Of a DNA stretch of 64,000 bases, positions 1 to 9,706 are shown piece after piece; within the stretch, counting starts at the first letter, position 1, and the number at the start of each line of letters is the position of its first letter. This stretch comes from Planctomycetota bacterium. GTDB taxonomy: Bacteria > Planctomycetota > GCA-002687715 > CAIWVZ01. The translations under genes were made by a program, and so were the position numbers. The stretch lies in assembly GCA_044222185.1 (NCBI GenBank), contig JBGANV010000013.1:10480-74479 (forward strand). The letters run 5' to 3'. The notes beneath the pieces are model-generated. The model was given only the letters and a program-made list of their open reading frames with translations. It did no database searches and was not told where the DNA came from.

Positions 1-2989
1 GGAACAGAAGCATGAACACGCCGGTCTCGGCGTCGAGCCCCATCAGCGCGATGATTCCCACTCCGACCGCGATGGACATCTGGTAGCCGAGGATCTTCAG
101 GAGCCAGAGTGCTCCAATCGCCGAAAATGGAACCGCAAGCATCACGATCCCAGCCTTCACGAGTGACTTCGTGTTCATGTAGAGGATGACGAAGATCAGA
201 AAGAGGGTGATAGGCACGACGATCGTCATCCGCTCCTTGACTCGCAGCATGTTCTCGTATTGGCCGCTCCAGGCGAGTGAGTAGCCGCTGGGAACATCGA
301 GACTGCGGTTGACGGATTCCTTCGCCCGCGCGACGTAGCCACCGATGTCGCTCGCCGCCGTGTCCACGTACACGTAGCCGACGAGAAGGCCGTTCTCGTC
401 GCGAAGCATCGCCGGCCCTTCGACGAGCTTGATGTCCGCGAGTTCGCCGAGTGGAATCTGTGCTCCTGACATGGTTGGGACGAGGACCCGGTTCAACTCT
501 GGGATGTCGTCCCGGAGCTCGCGCGCATAGCGAACGCTGACCGTGTACCGCTCGCGTCCCTCCACCGTCGTCGTGACCGGCTCGCCGCCGATCGAAGACA
601 TGATGACCATCTCCGCCTCTTGCACGGTGATTCCGTACCGCGCAAGTCGATCTCGCTTCAGTTCGAAGTCAAGGAAGTACCCGCCCCCTGTCCGCTCAGC
701 GAAAACGCTACGGGTCCCTGGAACATCCTTGAGGATCGTCTCGATCCGGATCCCAATATCCTCGATCGTCTTGACATCGGCACCAAAGACCTTGATGCCA
801 ATTGGGGTCCGGACTCCGGTCGTGAGCATGTCGATCCGTGTCTTGATCGGCATCGTCCATGCGTTTGTCACGCCGGGAAATTGCATCTTCGAATTGATCT
901 CGGCGATCAACTCGTCCTTGTCAATGTGCTCCGGCCAGATGTGCCCAAGGGGCGCACGAACCCAGGCAGGTAGCTCCGAATGCCACCGGCGCTTGCTGCG
1001 CCACTCCGAGGGTGGCCGCAGCAAGATCGTCGTTTCCATCATCGAGAACGGAGCAGGGTCGGTTGACGTCTCGGCTCGTCCGGCCTTGCCGAACACCCGC
1101 TTGACCTCAGGTACCGTCATCAAGACCTGGTCCATCCGAGCCATGAGATCCTGCGCGGCCGTCACCGAGAGCCCCGGAAAGGTCGTGGGCATGTAGAGCA
1201 TGTCGCCCTCCCACAAGGGAGGCATGAACTCGGAGCCGAGCTTTTCGAACGCACTCGATCGCGAAGAAAGGAACGGCAGGTCGACGACGAGCGGCACCGC
1301 CGTGAGTGTGAGGATCACTGCAATTCCGATCGTCAGGGCCCGATGCTTGATGACGAATCGGCACGGCTTTTCATAGAGCGCAAAGAGCAGGCGGCTGATC
1401 GGATGCCGTTCCTCCGCGTAGTACCGGCCCGCCGTGACCTGGTTGTAGATCCATGCAAGCGGTCGCGGTCTGAAGCGCAACCAATCCATGCGCGTGAAGA
1501 GCATTCGAATCGCCGGATCCAGCGTGATCGCAAGGATCGCGGCCATCGCCATCGTCAGGTTCTTCGTCAGCGCAAGCGGTTTGAAGAGCCGGCCCTCCTG
1601 CTCTTCGAGCGCGAAGATGGGCATGAACCCAACGGCAATCACCAAGAGCGAGAAGAAGACAGAAGGCCCAACCTCCTTGAGCGCGCGCAGACGGACCTCG
1701 TGGTAGTCGCCGATGCGCCCCCCCGCATCCCAAAGCTGGAGCTTCTTGTAGGCGTTTTCAACCTCCACGATCGCGCCGTCGACGAGGATCCCGATCGAGA
1801 TTGTGATCCCCGAGATGGACATGATGTTTGAGGAGACGCCCATCAGGTACATCGGGATGAACGCCAGGATCACCGAGATCGGGATCGTGATGATCGGAAC
1901 GATGGCTGACGGTATGTGCCAGAGGAAGATCAAGATCACGATGCTGACGACGATGAGGGCCTGAATCAGTTCGCTTGTAAGTGTGTCGATGGAGCTTCGA
2001 ATGAGCTCCGAGCGGTCGTATGTCGTGACGAGTTCGACCCCCGGCGGAAGCGAACCCTTCACGGATTCGAGTTTCTCCCGGATGCGGTCAATGACAGCCA
2101 GCGCGTTCTCCCCGTGGCGCATCACGACGATCCCGCCGACGGTGTCGCCGATGCCGTCGAGGTCGGCAATCCCACGCCGGATCTCCGGGCCGAGGGTCAC
2201 GCGAGCGATGTTGCGGACGAGAATCGGTGTCCCGTTCGAGTCCGTCGCGACGGCGATGCCCTCAATGTCCCCAACAGACTTGGCGTAACCGCGGCCGCGC
2301 ACCATGTACTCTGCGCCGCTGAACTCGACGAGGCGGCCGCCGACATCGTTGTTGCCCTTGCGGATCGCATCTACGACTGCCGGGAGCGAAACGTTGTGAG
2401 CGAGGAGGGCCGTCGGGTCGACGCTGATCTGATACTGCTTCTGGAATCCGCCAATCGATGCGACCTCTGCAACGCCCGGCACGGACTGAATCCAGTAGCG
2501 AAGGTACCAGTCCTGGAACGTGCGGAGCTCCGCGAGACTCTGCCGGCCGGTCCGATCTACAAGTGCGTATTGGTAGACCCACCCAACCGCACTTGCATCG
2601 GGTCCAAGCTCAGTCTTCACTCCCTCCGGAAGTCGCGGCGTGATCTTGCTCAAGTACTCGAGCGTGCGGCTGCGCGCCCAGTAGAGGTCCGTCCCGTCCT
2701 GGAAGATCACGTAGACGTACGAGAACCCGAAGTCCGAAAACCCCCGGATCGCTTTCACCCTCGGCGCACCCAACAGCGCGGTCACGATTGGGTAGGTGAC
2801 CTGATCTTCGATGATGTCCGGGCTGCGGTCCCACCTCGAGTAGATGATCACCTGCGTGTCGGACAGATCGGGGATCGCGTCGAGCGGAACGTGGGCCACA
2901 CAGTAGATCCCGATTGCGACACCGACGGCCGCGAGAATGAGCACGAGGAACTTGTTGTGCGCGCAAAATCCGATGATCCGTTCGATCAT
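1..2989 (-). CDS. cusA: CusA/SilA-type heavy-metal RND efflux permease (C-terminus runs off window)
   Basis: Not in the ORF track because it is truncated. Reverse strand reads MIERIIGFCAHNKFLVL..., PLDAIPDLSDTQVIIY, VEDQVTYP-like IEDQVTYPI, LGPDASAVGWVYQY, GILVDGAIVEVEN, NAWTMPIKTRIDML, all typical of HME-RND proteins. GGAG precedes the ATG. Confidence 0.93.
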   Translation of the reverse strand, partial: MIERIIGFCAHNKFLVLILAAVGVAIGIYCVAHVPLDAIPDLSDTQVIIYSRWDRSPDIIEDQVTYPIVTALLGAPRVKAIRGFSDFGFSYVYVIFQDGTDLYWARSRTLEYLSKITPRLPEGVKTELGPDASAVGWVYQYALVDRTGRQSLAELRTFQDWYLRYWIQSVPGVAEVASIGGFQKQYQISVDPTALLAHNVSLPAVVDAIRKGNNDVGGRLVEFSGAEYMVRGRGYAKSVGDIEGIAVATDSNGTPILVRNIARVTLGPEIRRGIADLDGIGDTVGGIVVMRHGENALAVIDRIREKLESVKGSLPPGVELVTTYDRSELIRSSIDTLTSELIQALIVVSIVILIFLWHIPSAIVPIITIPISVILAFIPMYLMGVSSNIMSISGITISIGILVDGAIVEVENAYKKLQLWDAGGRIGDYHEVRLRALKEVGPSVFFSLLVIAVGFMPIFALEEQEGRLFKPLALTKNLTMAMAAILAITLDPAIRMLFTRMDWLRFRPRPLAWIYNQVTAGRYYAEERHPISRLLFALYEKPCRFVIKHRALTIGIAVILTLTAVPLVVDLPFLSSRSSAFEKLGSEFMPPLWEGDMLYMPTTFPGLSVTAAQDLMARMDQVLMTVPEVKRVFGKAGRAETSTDPAPFSMMETTILLRPPSEWRSKRRWHSELPAWVRAPLGHIWPEHIDKDELIAEINSKMQFPGVTNAWTMPIKTRIDMLTTGVRTPIGIKVFGADVKTIEDIGIRIETILKDVPGTRSVFAERTGGGYFLDFELKRDRLARYGITVQEAEMVIMSSIGGEPVTTTVEGRERYTVSVRYARELRDDIPELNRVLVPTMSGAQIPLGELADIKLVEGPAMLRDENGLLVGYVYVDTAASDIGGYVARAKESVNRSLDVPSGYSLAWSGQYENMLRVKERMTIVVPITLFLIFVILYMNTKSLVKAGIVMLAVPFSAIGALWLLKILGYQMSIAVGVGIIALMGLDAETGVFMLLF

Positions 2990-3026
2990 GCCATCGCTCC
3001 GCGGTCCGGCTCTACCCGTCGAGTCG

Positions 3027-4520
3027 TCATCGACCTTGTCCTCCGTGCCCCTCGTGCCCGCCCGCTTCCTTCGCTCCCGAGCCTCCTCCCGATATGAGCG
3101 CCGCCTTCAGTCTGCTCTCGGAATCAATCAGGAACGTCGCGGTCGTCACAACGCTCTCGCCCTCGACAAGCCCAGATTTCACGACCCGACGTCCGCCGAT
3201 GGCTGCCCCGAGCGTCAGCTCTCTGGGTTCGAAGCGGCCATTCCCTGTGTCGACGAATGCAATCTGGCGCGTGCCGCTGTCGAGAATGGCGCCGTCGTCG
3301 ACGATGAGCTGTTCACCAAGGTCGACGGCGATCATTACGTTTCCGTAGGTACCGGGACGCAAGACGCCACCCGGGTTTGGGACTTCGATCCTCGCTCGCA
3401 CCGTCCGCGTGGATTCGTTCAGGTAGGGGTACACGTAGCTCACCGTTCCCGAGAATTGATTCTCAGGTGACGTCGCAAGTGTCACGACAGCGGATTGCCC
3501 TACCGCAACTTCCGCCACCTCGTTCTGGTAGATGTCCGCGAGCACCCAGACCGTCGAGAGTTCCGCAGTCTCAAAGAGATTCGTGCCAGGCTGTATGGCG
3601 GCACCCTTCACCACGTTTCGGCGCGTAACGACTCCGTCGACTTTCGACGTGATCGTGACCCTCGTTTCGGGCTTCTTTGTGGCTGAGAGCGCGTCAATTT
3701 GTTCGGGCGTGAAGTCCCAAAGCAGGAGACGCTCACGTGCACTCTGTAGACTCTCTCGCGCGAACGACGTGTCACGCTCGCCACCCGACGCTCCCGCAAG
3801 CGCGACGATGAAGCTCCGCTCGGCCTCGAGAACTTCGGGGCTATAAACGATCATCACTGGATCGCCCTTTCGAACCGACTGACCCGTCGACTTGACGTAC
3901 AAGTCTTCGACCCATCCTCCGAACTTGAGGTTTACGGCCGCGAGTCGCGTTTCGTCGTAATCGATTCGCCCGACGACGCGCAGCGATTTCGACACTCGCG
4001 TCCGTTCAACCCTGCCGAACCTGACACCGATGAGCTGCTGGCGATCAGGATGGATTGTCGTGATGGCGTGGCCTGGCACTGAGGATGGCGCGGGTACCTC
4101 GCCCTCCTGCATCGGCACGAGTGTCATGTTGCAGATGGGACACTCACCCGGACGATCGGACTGGTAGCTCGGGTGCATGGGGCAGTAGTAGCGGATCGGG
4201 TGGCCTACGCCCGGACGCGTTTCCTGCGCGCTGTGACCCGCTGCTTGGGACGCCGCTGGCACGTCGTGCCCGGCATGGCTCGCTCCCGTCTCCATCGGCA
4301 GACTCCGGGAAGCCGGAACAAGATCCATTCCACACTTGGGACATCGGCCGGGGCGGTCGGATTGCACCTCAGCATCCTCCGGCATGGGGCATACGTAGAT
4401 CGTGCTTGTGTGTGTCCACGGCGGGAGCCGCACGAGTCCTCCCGGCACGATGAAGTGTGCGCCGATCGCGAGGACGAAGATGATGCCAAGCAGCTTGAGA
4501 AGGGCGGACAGGATCTTCAT
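3027..4520 (-). CDS. cusB: CusB-type RND periplasmic adaptor (MFP) with two heavy-metal-binding domains
   Basis: YVCPM..CPKCGMDLVP and YYCPMHP..CPICNMTLVP motifs, MFP core (GWVEDLYV, V.KGDP), FLIDSES near the C-terminus, His tail. AAGGA precedes ATG 4520. Confidence 0.92.
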   Translation of the reverse strand: MKILSALLKLLGIIFVLAIGAHFIVPGGLVRLPPWTHTSTIYVCPMPEDAEVQSDRPGRCPKCGMDLVPASRSLPMETGASHAGHDVPAASQAAGHSAQETRPGVGHPIRYYCPMHPSYQSDRPGECPICNMTLVPMQEGEVPAPSSVPGHAITTIHPDRQQLIGVRFGRVERTRVSKSLRVVGRIDYDETRLAAVNLKFGGWVEDLYVKSTGQSVRKGDPVMIVYSPEVLEAERSFIVALAGASGGERDTSFARESLQSARERLLLWDFTPEQIDALSATKKPETRVTITSKVDGVVTRRNVVKGAAIQPGTNLFETAELSTVWVLADIYQNEVAEVAVGQSAVVTLATSPENQFSGTVSYVYPYLNESTRTVRARIEVPNPGGVLRPGTYGNVMIAVDLGEQLIVDDGAILDSGTRQIAFVDTGNGRFEPRELTLGAAIGGRRVVKSGLVEGESVVTTATFLIDSESRLKAALISGGGSGAKEAGGHEGHGGQGR

Positions 4521-4578
4521 GGCGTTCCTTCGTGTGACTCGCACTCGACCGCTCCGGGGCGTTGTCGGGCCTCGGCGA

Positions 4579-5109
4579 TCATGACGACTCCTCAGCCCCG
4601 GATGGATGTGGGCTCTTCATGAGCCCAAGCATGGATTCCGCGTTGCATCCGTCTGCATACGACGGACCGTTGACGACGAATGACGAGTGATCTGGGTTGA
4701 ATCCGATCTGCGCGCCCTCACCGCGTCCCTTCGAGATTGCGATCCGAGTGATCGCCCCATACGGCACGAGATCTTTTCGCACCGCCCGCGTCGTCGTGCC
4801 GCCGGGGTCATCGTATATGGCAAGCGCCAGCCACGTGGACGCAAGCCCGATGACGTGGCACACGTCCAGGACCTCGCCATTGGAAAGATAGACCCGTACA
4901 ATCGGCATCGCATCCTTCGGTTCCGGACACCGGTCACGAATGAGGCCGCGCGGCTGCGTGCTGAAGAATGCGGGACCGAATGACATCCCGCGTTCGACCG
5001 CGGCACTTCGATGCGCCCCTCGACGTAAGGCGGGGGCGCGCCTCGTCCGCGCGTACTTGCCGCAGTCTGTGGACATTCGCCGTTTCGATTTCGCCTTGTT
5101 TCGGTTCAT
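4579..5109 (-). CDS. Hypothetical protein
   Basis: Start overlaps the htrA stop (ATGA coupling). Globular-looking core MPIVRVYLSNGEVLDVCHVIG. Confidence 0.55.
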   Translation of the reverse strand: MNRNKAKSKRRMSTDCGKYARTRRAPALRRGAHRSAAVERGMSFGPAFFSTQPRGLIRDRCPEPKDAMPIVRVYLSNGEVLDVCHVIGLASTWLALAIYDDPGGTTTRAVRKDLVPYGAITRIAISKGRGEGAQIGFNPDHSSFVVNGPSYADGCNAESMLGLMKSPHPSGAEESS

Positions 5110-6467
5110 GACTCTGGCTTGATGACTGCGAACAGGTGGCGCGTCCTTCTTCGGACCTGCAAGAGGAGCGCGTGATGGCCGCGCAGAAACGGCTCCGACG
5201 CCGACTTAAAGTCTTCAAGCGTCGCCACGATCCGGCCGTCGGTCTCGACGATGACGTCACCCGGTTCGAGCTTCGCCCGCTCCGCGGCTCCGCCGGGCTC
5301 CACATCGAGGATCACGGCGCCCGGACGCGCATCGACCGTTTCGCCAACGCTCATGCCCAGGGGGGAGGTGAGGTTGGAATGGGAGGCGGCCTTCATCCGC
5401 TCGCGCGGAACAACCGCGATCGCCACGTCCCGCGCTCCCTTGGCGTTCGCCACGCGAGCGACGACATCCAAGCCGGGCCGAAGCCGCGCGATTATCGCGC
5501 GATCCGTTCCGTCGGATGGGACATCGTCGCCGCCGAGCGCGATGAGCACATCACGCGGCCGTAGCCCGGCTGCGGCCGCCGGACCTCCGTCGCGAACGTC
5601 GGTGATCAGCGCCCCGATCGAAATCGGTAGACCGAGAGCCTGGGCGAGATCTGCCTCCAACGGCTGCGTCTCCACTCCGATCGAGCCCCGCACGACGTGG
5701 CCGGCGGCGCGGAGGGACCTCACGATGTCGAGCGCAAGGTCGATCGGAATCGCGAATCCGAGTCCCTCCGAGTGGACGATGGCCGACGTCACGCCAACGA
5801 CCCGACCTTCCGAATCGAGCAGTGCTCCGCCGCTGTTGCCCGGATGAAGTCCGGCATTCGTTTGGATGAACGGCACGTCCACCTCCCCGGGAAAGGTCCG
5901 CCCAAGGTATGTCACGATTCCCTGCGCCAGCGTTCCCCCGAGCCCAAGCGGAGATCCGATTGCGGACACGGGATCGCCCACGCGAAGGTTTCGCGTGCTT
6001 CCAAGGGGCGCGCACGGAACACGCGGCGCATCGAGGACTCGAACGAGCGCGATGTCTGTATCGGGGTCGCTGCCGCGCAACTCCACCGGACGCCGCTTAC
6101 CGTCTCCAAAGTCAGCCTCGATCAGTACGCCGTCTTCGACGACATGGTGATTCGTGAGAGAGAATCCATCGTCGTCGATGAGGAACCCAGATCCCAAGAC
6201 GCGAATCTTGCATCCATGGCCGGGAAGCGGCCCAAAGAGATCGTCCCGCGTTGTGGGGTGGAACGGACACGGGTGGCGCTGAGCCACAACGTGCAGCGTG
6301 AAGGACGCCCGTCGCGCCAATTCGAGCCGGTCACCGCCGGCCAGGGGTCCAGCGACTGTCTCCGACGCCGGCTGAAACGCGCTGCAGCCGAGCACGACGC
6401 ATGTGGCGAACGTCCAGAGTGGGAGGCCCAACCCCGAGAAGACCCCGTAGCCGTTGGCGGGTTTCAT
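5106..6467 (-). CDS. HtrA/DegP-family serine protease (trypsin + 2 PDZ)
   Basis: LGSGFLI, TNHHVV (His), DTDIAL (Asp), GNSGG (Ser), GFAIP, two PDZ-like segments. Confidence 0.9.
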   Translation of the reverse strand: MKPANGYGVFSGLGLPLWTFATCVVLGCSAFQPASETVAGPLAGGDRLELARRASFTLHVVAQRHPCPFHPTTRDDLFGPLPGHGCKIRVLGSGFLIDDDGFSLTNHHVVEDGVLIEADFGDGKRRPVELRGSDPDTDIALVRVLDAPRVPCAPLGSTRNLRVGDPVSAIGSPLGLGGTLAQGIVTYLGRTFPGEVDVPFIQTNAGLHPGNSGGALLDSEGRVVGVTSAIVHSEGLGFAIPIDLALDIVRSLRAAGHVVRGSIGVETQPLEADLAQALGLPISIGALITDVRDGGPAAAAGLRPRDVLIALGGDDVPSDGTDRAIIARLRPGLDVVARVANAKGARDVAIAVVPRERMKAASHSNLTSPLGMSVGETVDARPGAVILDVEPGGAAERAKLEPGDVIVETDGRIVATLEDFKSASEPFLRGHHALLLQVRRRTRHLFAVIKPES

Positions 6468-7453
6468 CGCGTCCGAGCCTTCCCGTACCCGCGCGAGATC
6501 TTCGCATCGAGGATCAACCGGTGGAGTGTGTGGTTGTCCTTGTTCTCGGGATCGAGTTCACACGCCTTTTCGCAGTACTCATCTGCGTTAGGAAGCGCGC
6601 GTCGCTCAACGAAGAGCGTGCCGATGGCGAGGTAGGCGTTCACGAGCGTTTGGCGGATGCTCTCCCGCTGCTTCTGGAATCGATCCGTGAGTTCAGTGTC
6701 CCCGGTGGCCCCCGCCAGGTCCTTGATCACCTTCCATGCCGACTCGAGTTGGACGATCTGGTTCTCGATCCGACGTTGGGCGCGAAGGCCGCCGTGTGGC
6801 GAAGGCTCGCCCCCGACTCTCTCGGCACTCTGCAGATGCTCGGCGGCCTTCTTCATCGCTGCCTCGAGATCCTTGGAAGCGATGACCTTCGTTCCCGGAT
6901 GAGCCGATGCTTCCTTCGCCGCAATCTCGACCACGAGGGCCTGGGCGTCCCGCGCCGCAGGAGTGTCGGAGTACTTCGAGCCGATCGTGTGCAACAGAAG
7001 CCGCGCGGCGGCCAGGCGCCCGTCCCCCACCGCGTCCTTCGCGTCGTCGAGGAGATCGGCGGCAAGTCCGTTCCTCACCTCACGGGTTCCGGCGTCCATC
7101 TGCGGCTTGAGCGTTGGGTCGAGCCGCGCAGCTTCGGCGTATTCCGCGATGGCCTGTGCAGGAAGCCCGATCTCGCGAGCGAAGACCGCGAGCTTGGCGT
7201 GTGCCTTCGCATCGGCGGCATCAGACCTCGCTGCCATGATCGTGTAATGCGAGAGTGGTGCGAGATCTGATCTCGCGACGCTTCGCGTCGTCGGATCCAG
7301 GGAGTTGGATTCGATCGTGACGTCTCGATCCGAGACGTTCGTGACCCGACCTATCACGACTTCACCCGAGCGAAGTTCGATCGACTGGATTTGGCCGAGC
7401 GATCCAGTCGAGAGGGCCGCGCCCATCACGACGATGAGTAATGCAGACTTCAT
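6464..7453 (-). CDS. Secreted TPR-like helical protein
   Basis: Signal peptide. TPR-like AIAEYAEAARLDP and CEKACELDPEN. Coupled to htrA. Confidence 0.65.
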   Translation of the reverse strand: MKSALLIVVMGAALSTGSLGQIQSIELRSGEVVIGRVTNVSDRDVTIESNSLDPTTRSVARSDLAPLSHYTIMAARSDAADAKAHAKLAVFAREIGLPAQAIAEYAEAARLDPTLKPQMDAGTREVRNGLAADLLDDAKDAVGDGRLAAARLLLHTIGSKYSDTPAARDAQALVVEIAAKEASAHPGTKVIASKDLEAAMKKAAEHLQSAERVGGEPSPHGGLRAQRRIENQIVQLESAWKVIKDLAGATGDTELTDRFQKQRESIRQTLVNAYLAIGTLFVERRALPNADEYCEKACELDPENKDNHTLHRLILDAKISRGYGKARTR

Positions 7454-7649
7454 GAAATGCCTCCTGGAACATGCAGTTCCGGAATGCCACGCGAACCCGA
7501 GATGTTCGTGCCCTTCGATTGCCTCGATCCAGAGACCCGGATCGGAATCCGCGCGTGCTTGTGTTCAAGAGCACGCTGCCACAACGCCGGCCGAAGGTCG
7601 GAGCCGGCGTTTCCTGTCGATCACGATCACGCGGATCGAAGCACGATCA

Positions 7650-8351
7650 TCAGTGGTGGTGGGAGTCGTGTCCCTGCGGGTCGTGCCCGTCGTGCCCGGG
7701 CTTCTTCTCGTCCGCCGGCAGCGGCGGAACGATTTTTCCTGCGGCGAGGTCCCTGGCTCTCTCAAGCATCTGCTTGGGGGCCTTGCGCACGTCATCGACC
7801 GCCTTCAGCGACGAGAGGCACACGAGCTCATCGCCGATCAGAACCATGCAGTTTGCATCTACCGGCTTCCCGGTGACCGGGCAGGTCTTGTTGTCTACGA
7901 ACTTCGCCTTCGGATTCAGCAGCCTCGCGAGAACGAGCTGCGAATTCGCGCGCGCTTCCTTGACGCACTCTTTGCTTCCGACCTTGAACTCGTAGCCCTG
8001 AAGTTTGATCGTCTGCGCCTTGGCGTCGATTGCGGCACCCGTGACCGGGCAGGTCTTGTTTTCGATCTCCCTCGACTTCGGGTACGCGGACTTGTAGGCG
8101 CGCTCCGGATCGGCCTGGATCTTCTTCGCGCAACCGCCGCAGCAGTAGTAGATGCGGCCGTAGTCGGTGTCCACGAAGTTGGCGGAAACGGGGTTGCCCA
8201 TGATCGGGCACTTCGCGTTCGGGTACGCAGGGACCGAAACGCTCGGGGCCGCGTCCGCTGGACCCGGTTTGGCCTTGCCGTCCTGTGCGACTGCGAACGC
8301 GATGGAGATCATGGACACGAGAACGACGTTGGTGAATCTGCTGAAGGACAT
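7650..8351 (-). CDS. Secreted CPxxG-repeat (YHS/TRASH-like) metal-binding protein, copy A
   Basis: Signal peptide, CPIMG...CCGGC, CPVTG x2, His-rich tail. Paralog of 12871-13572. Confidence 0.8.
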   Translation of the reverse strand: MSFSRFTNVVLVSMISIAFAVAQDGKAKPGPADAAPSVSVPAYPNAKCPIMGNPVSANFVDTDYGRIYYCCGGCAKKIQADPERAYKSAYPKSREIENKTCPVTGAAIDAKAQTIKLQGYEFKVGSKECVKEARANSQLVLARLLNPKAKFVDNKTCPVTGKPVDANCMVLIGDELVCLSSLKAVDDVRKAPKQMLERARDLAAGKIVPPLPADEKKPGHDGHDPQGHDSHHH

Positions 8352-8453
8352 GTGAGAACTCCGTCTTCGAGACCTTGGAAAGCGAGCTCGGGTCGATGTG
8401 ACCCGGCACCAGGAATCGGACCACCCGACAAACGCCGGGTGGGACGGAGCTGA

Positions 8454-8894
8454 TCAGATCTGCAAGGGCAGAGTGCGGCTACGCGAGGGTAGCGACAGCA
8501 TCGCGAGTCCCGGCCGTGCCGGTGACCCCGATGCAGATTCTCGCGCGTGGACGATCAGCGATTCGACGGCGGGAGCGATAGCCGTGGCATCGAGCACTTT
8601 CGCGAGGCGAACAACCCCTGTCGCGCGGTCACTCGCTGGTCGGTCCGGCAACGAAATCCGGAAGCAGTGGCACGAACTCCCGTGCTCGTGATTCGCCAAG
8701 TGGGACTCGGTACCGGACCCGCGCTTCCGCTGACTCTCACGCTGCGCGGGTTGCACACCGGCTTCCTGACCCACGCAGCACCTACGTTCCGTGTGGCCGC
8801 GAAAAGCTCCGCAGAAGCAGAGCTGGAACGCCAGAGATCCCGGAAGCACGAGTCCAGGGATGACGGCCAGGATGACGATTCGGCGAAGTGCCAT
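8454..8894 (-). CDS. Small leader-type ORF (hydrophobic N-terminus, CFC, Pro-containing C-terminus), copy A
   Basis: Similar to 13775-14167 in sequence pattern and position. Confidence 0.55.
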   Translation of the reverse strand: MALRRIVILAVIPGLVLPGSLAFQLCFCGAFRGHTERRCCVGQEAGVQPAQRESQRKRGSGTESHLANHEHGSSCHCFRISLPDRPASDRATGVVRLAKVLDATAIAPAVESLIVHARESASGSPARPGLAMLSLPSRSRTLPLQI

Positions 8895-9169
8895 GACGCG
8901 CTCTGTGTCTCCTACGATCGGAGCGTCGGATCGCTTCGTTGGATTCTACTGGCGACGCGATTCTCGGCCCATCCCTCGCACTGGTTTTCGGCGTCTCGGA
9001 CTCCGATGTGACTCCGCGTACGACGCTGTCCGTACAGTGCCCCTACGCACGCGTTCGAAGCCGGTCGATCGGAATCGTTGGCTGCTCGGGTCCTCGAACG
9101 CGACGTGCTCGCCGAGCCGAACTGCGAAAACGGCGCGACGTCAGACGGCGTCCATCCAGCGCTCCTGAA

Positions 9170-9706
9170 TCATCGATGCTCGTGTGTGTGCTCGTGGTGA
9201 TCGCTCGGTTTCGACTGCGGTGACCCGCCGCGCAGGGAGCGCGATGTCGTTTCGAACCAAGCAGCGAGCTTCTGACGATCGGCGTTCGAGAGGCGCGCAG
9301 GCGGGTGCATGAGCTTGTACCTCGGGAGCGGCATCTCCTCCGACCGGACTTGCTCCGCGGCGTCATCGAGCACCGCCGCCTGATCCTCGACGACCTCCAC
9401 TCCGAACCGCGAGAGATTCATGTGCTCGCGAGCGTGGTGCACGTCGTAGGCGATCAACCAGGAGGCAGGAGCGACCCACGAGTAGGCCGGCCAACGCGTG
9501 GAGTCCGAGTGACAGTCGTCGCAAGCGTCCGACATGAGCTTCGCGACATCAGCCGGAGGGTGGAGGACGGAGTTGATGGTGCGCGCCGAATCGACCGGGG
9601 CGTTCGTGCGTTCGACGGGCACGAACTGGATTCCGACGAACGCAACGAGGGTCACGATCAGCGTTCGCCGCACCCATCGACGCCCTTTCGTTGGCGGCGA
9701 GTTCAT
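9170..9706 (-). CDS. Haem-binding (Haem_bd-type) monoheme cytochrome c
   Basis: TM anchor, ACDDCHS, WPAYSWVAPASWLI, EMPLPRY, His tail. Coupled to the oxidase. Confidence 0.85.
   Translation of the reverse strand: MNSPPTKGRRWVRRTLIVTLVAFVGIQFVPVERTNAPVDSARTINSVLHPPADVAKLMSDACDDCHSDSTRWPAYSWVAPASWLIAYDVHHAREHMNLSRFGVEVVEDQAAVLDDAAEQVRSEEMPLPRYKLMHPPARLSNADRQKLAAWFETTSRSLRGGSPQSKPSDHHEHTHEHR

Noticed and set aside
543-3097. Plus-strand ORFs over cusA, and similar long antisense ORFs (28223..30313, 54495..57278, 59497..62004)
   Set aside because: Antisense shadows of well-supported genes in high-GC DNA.
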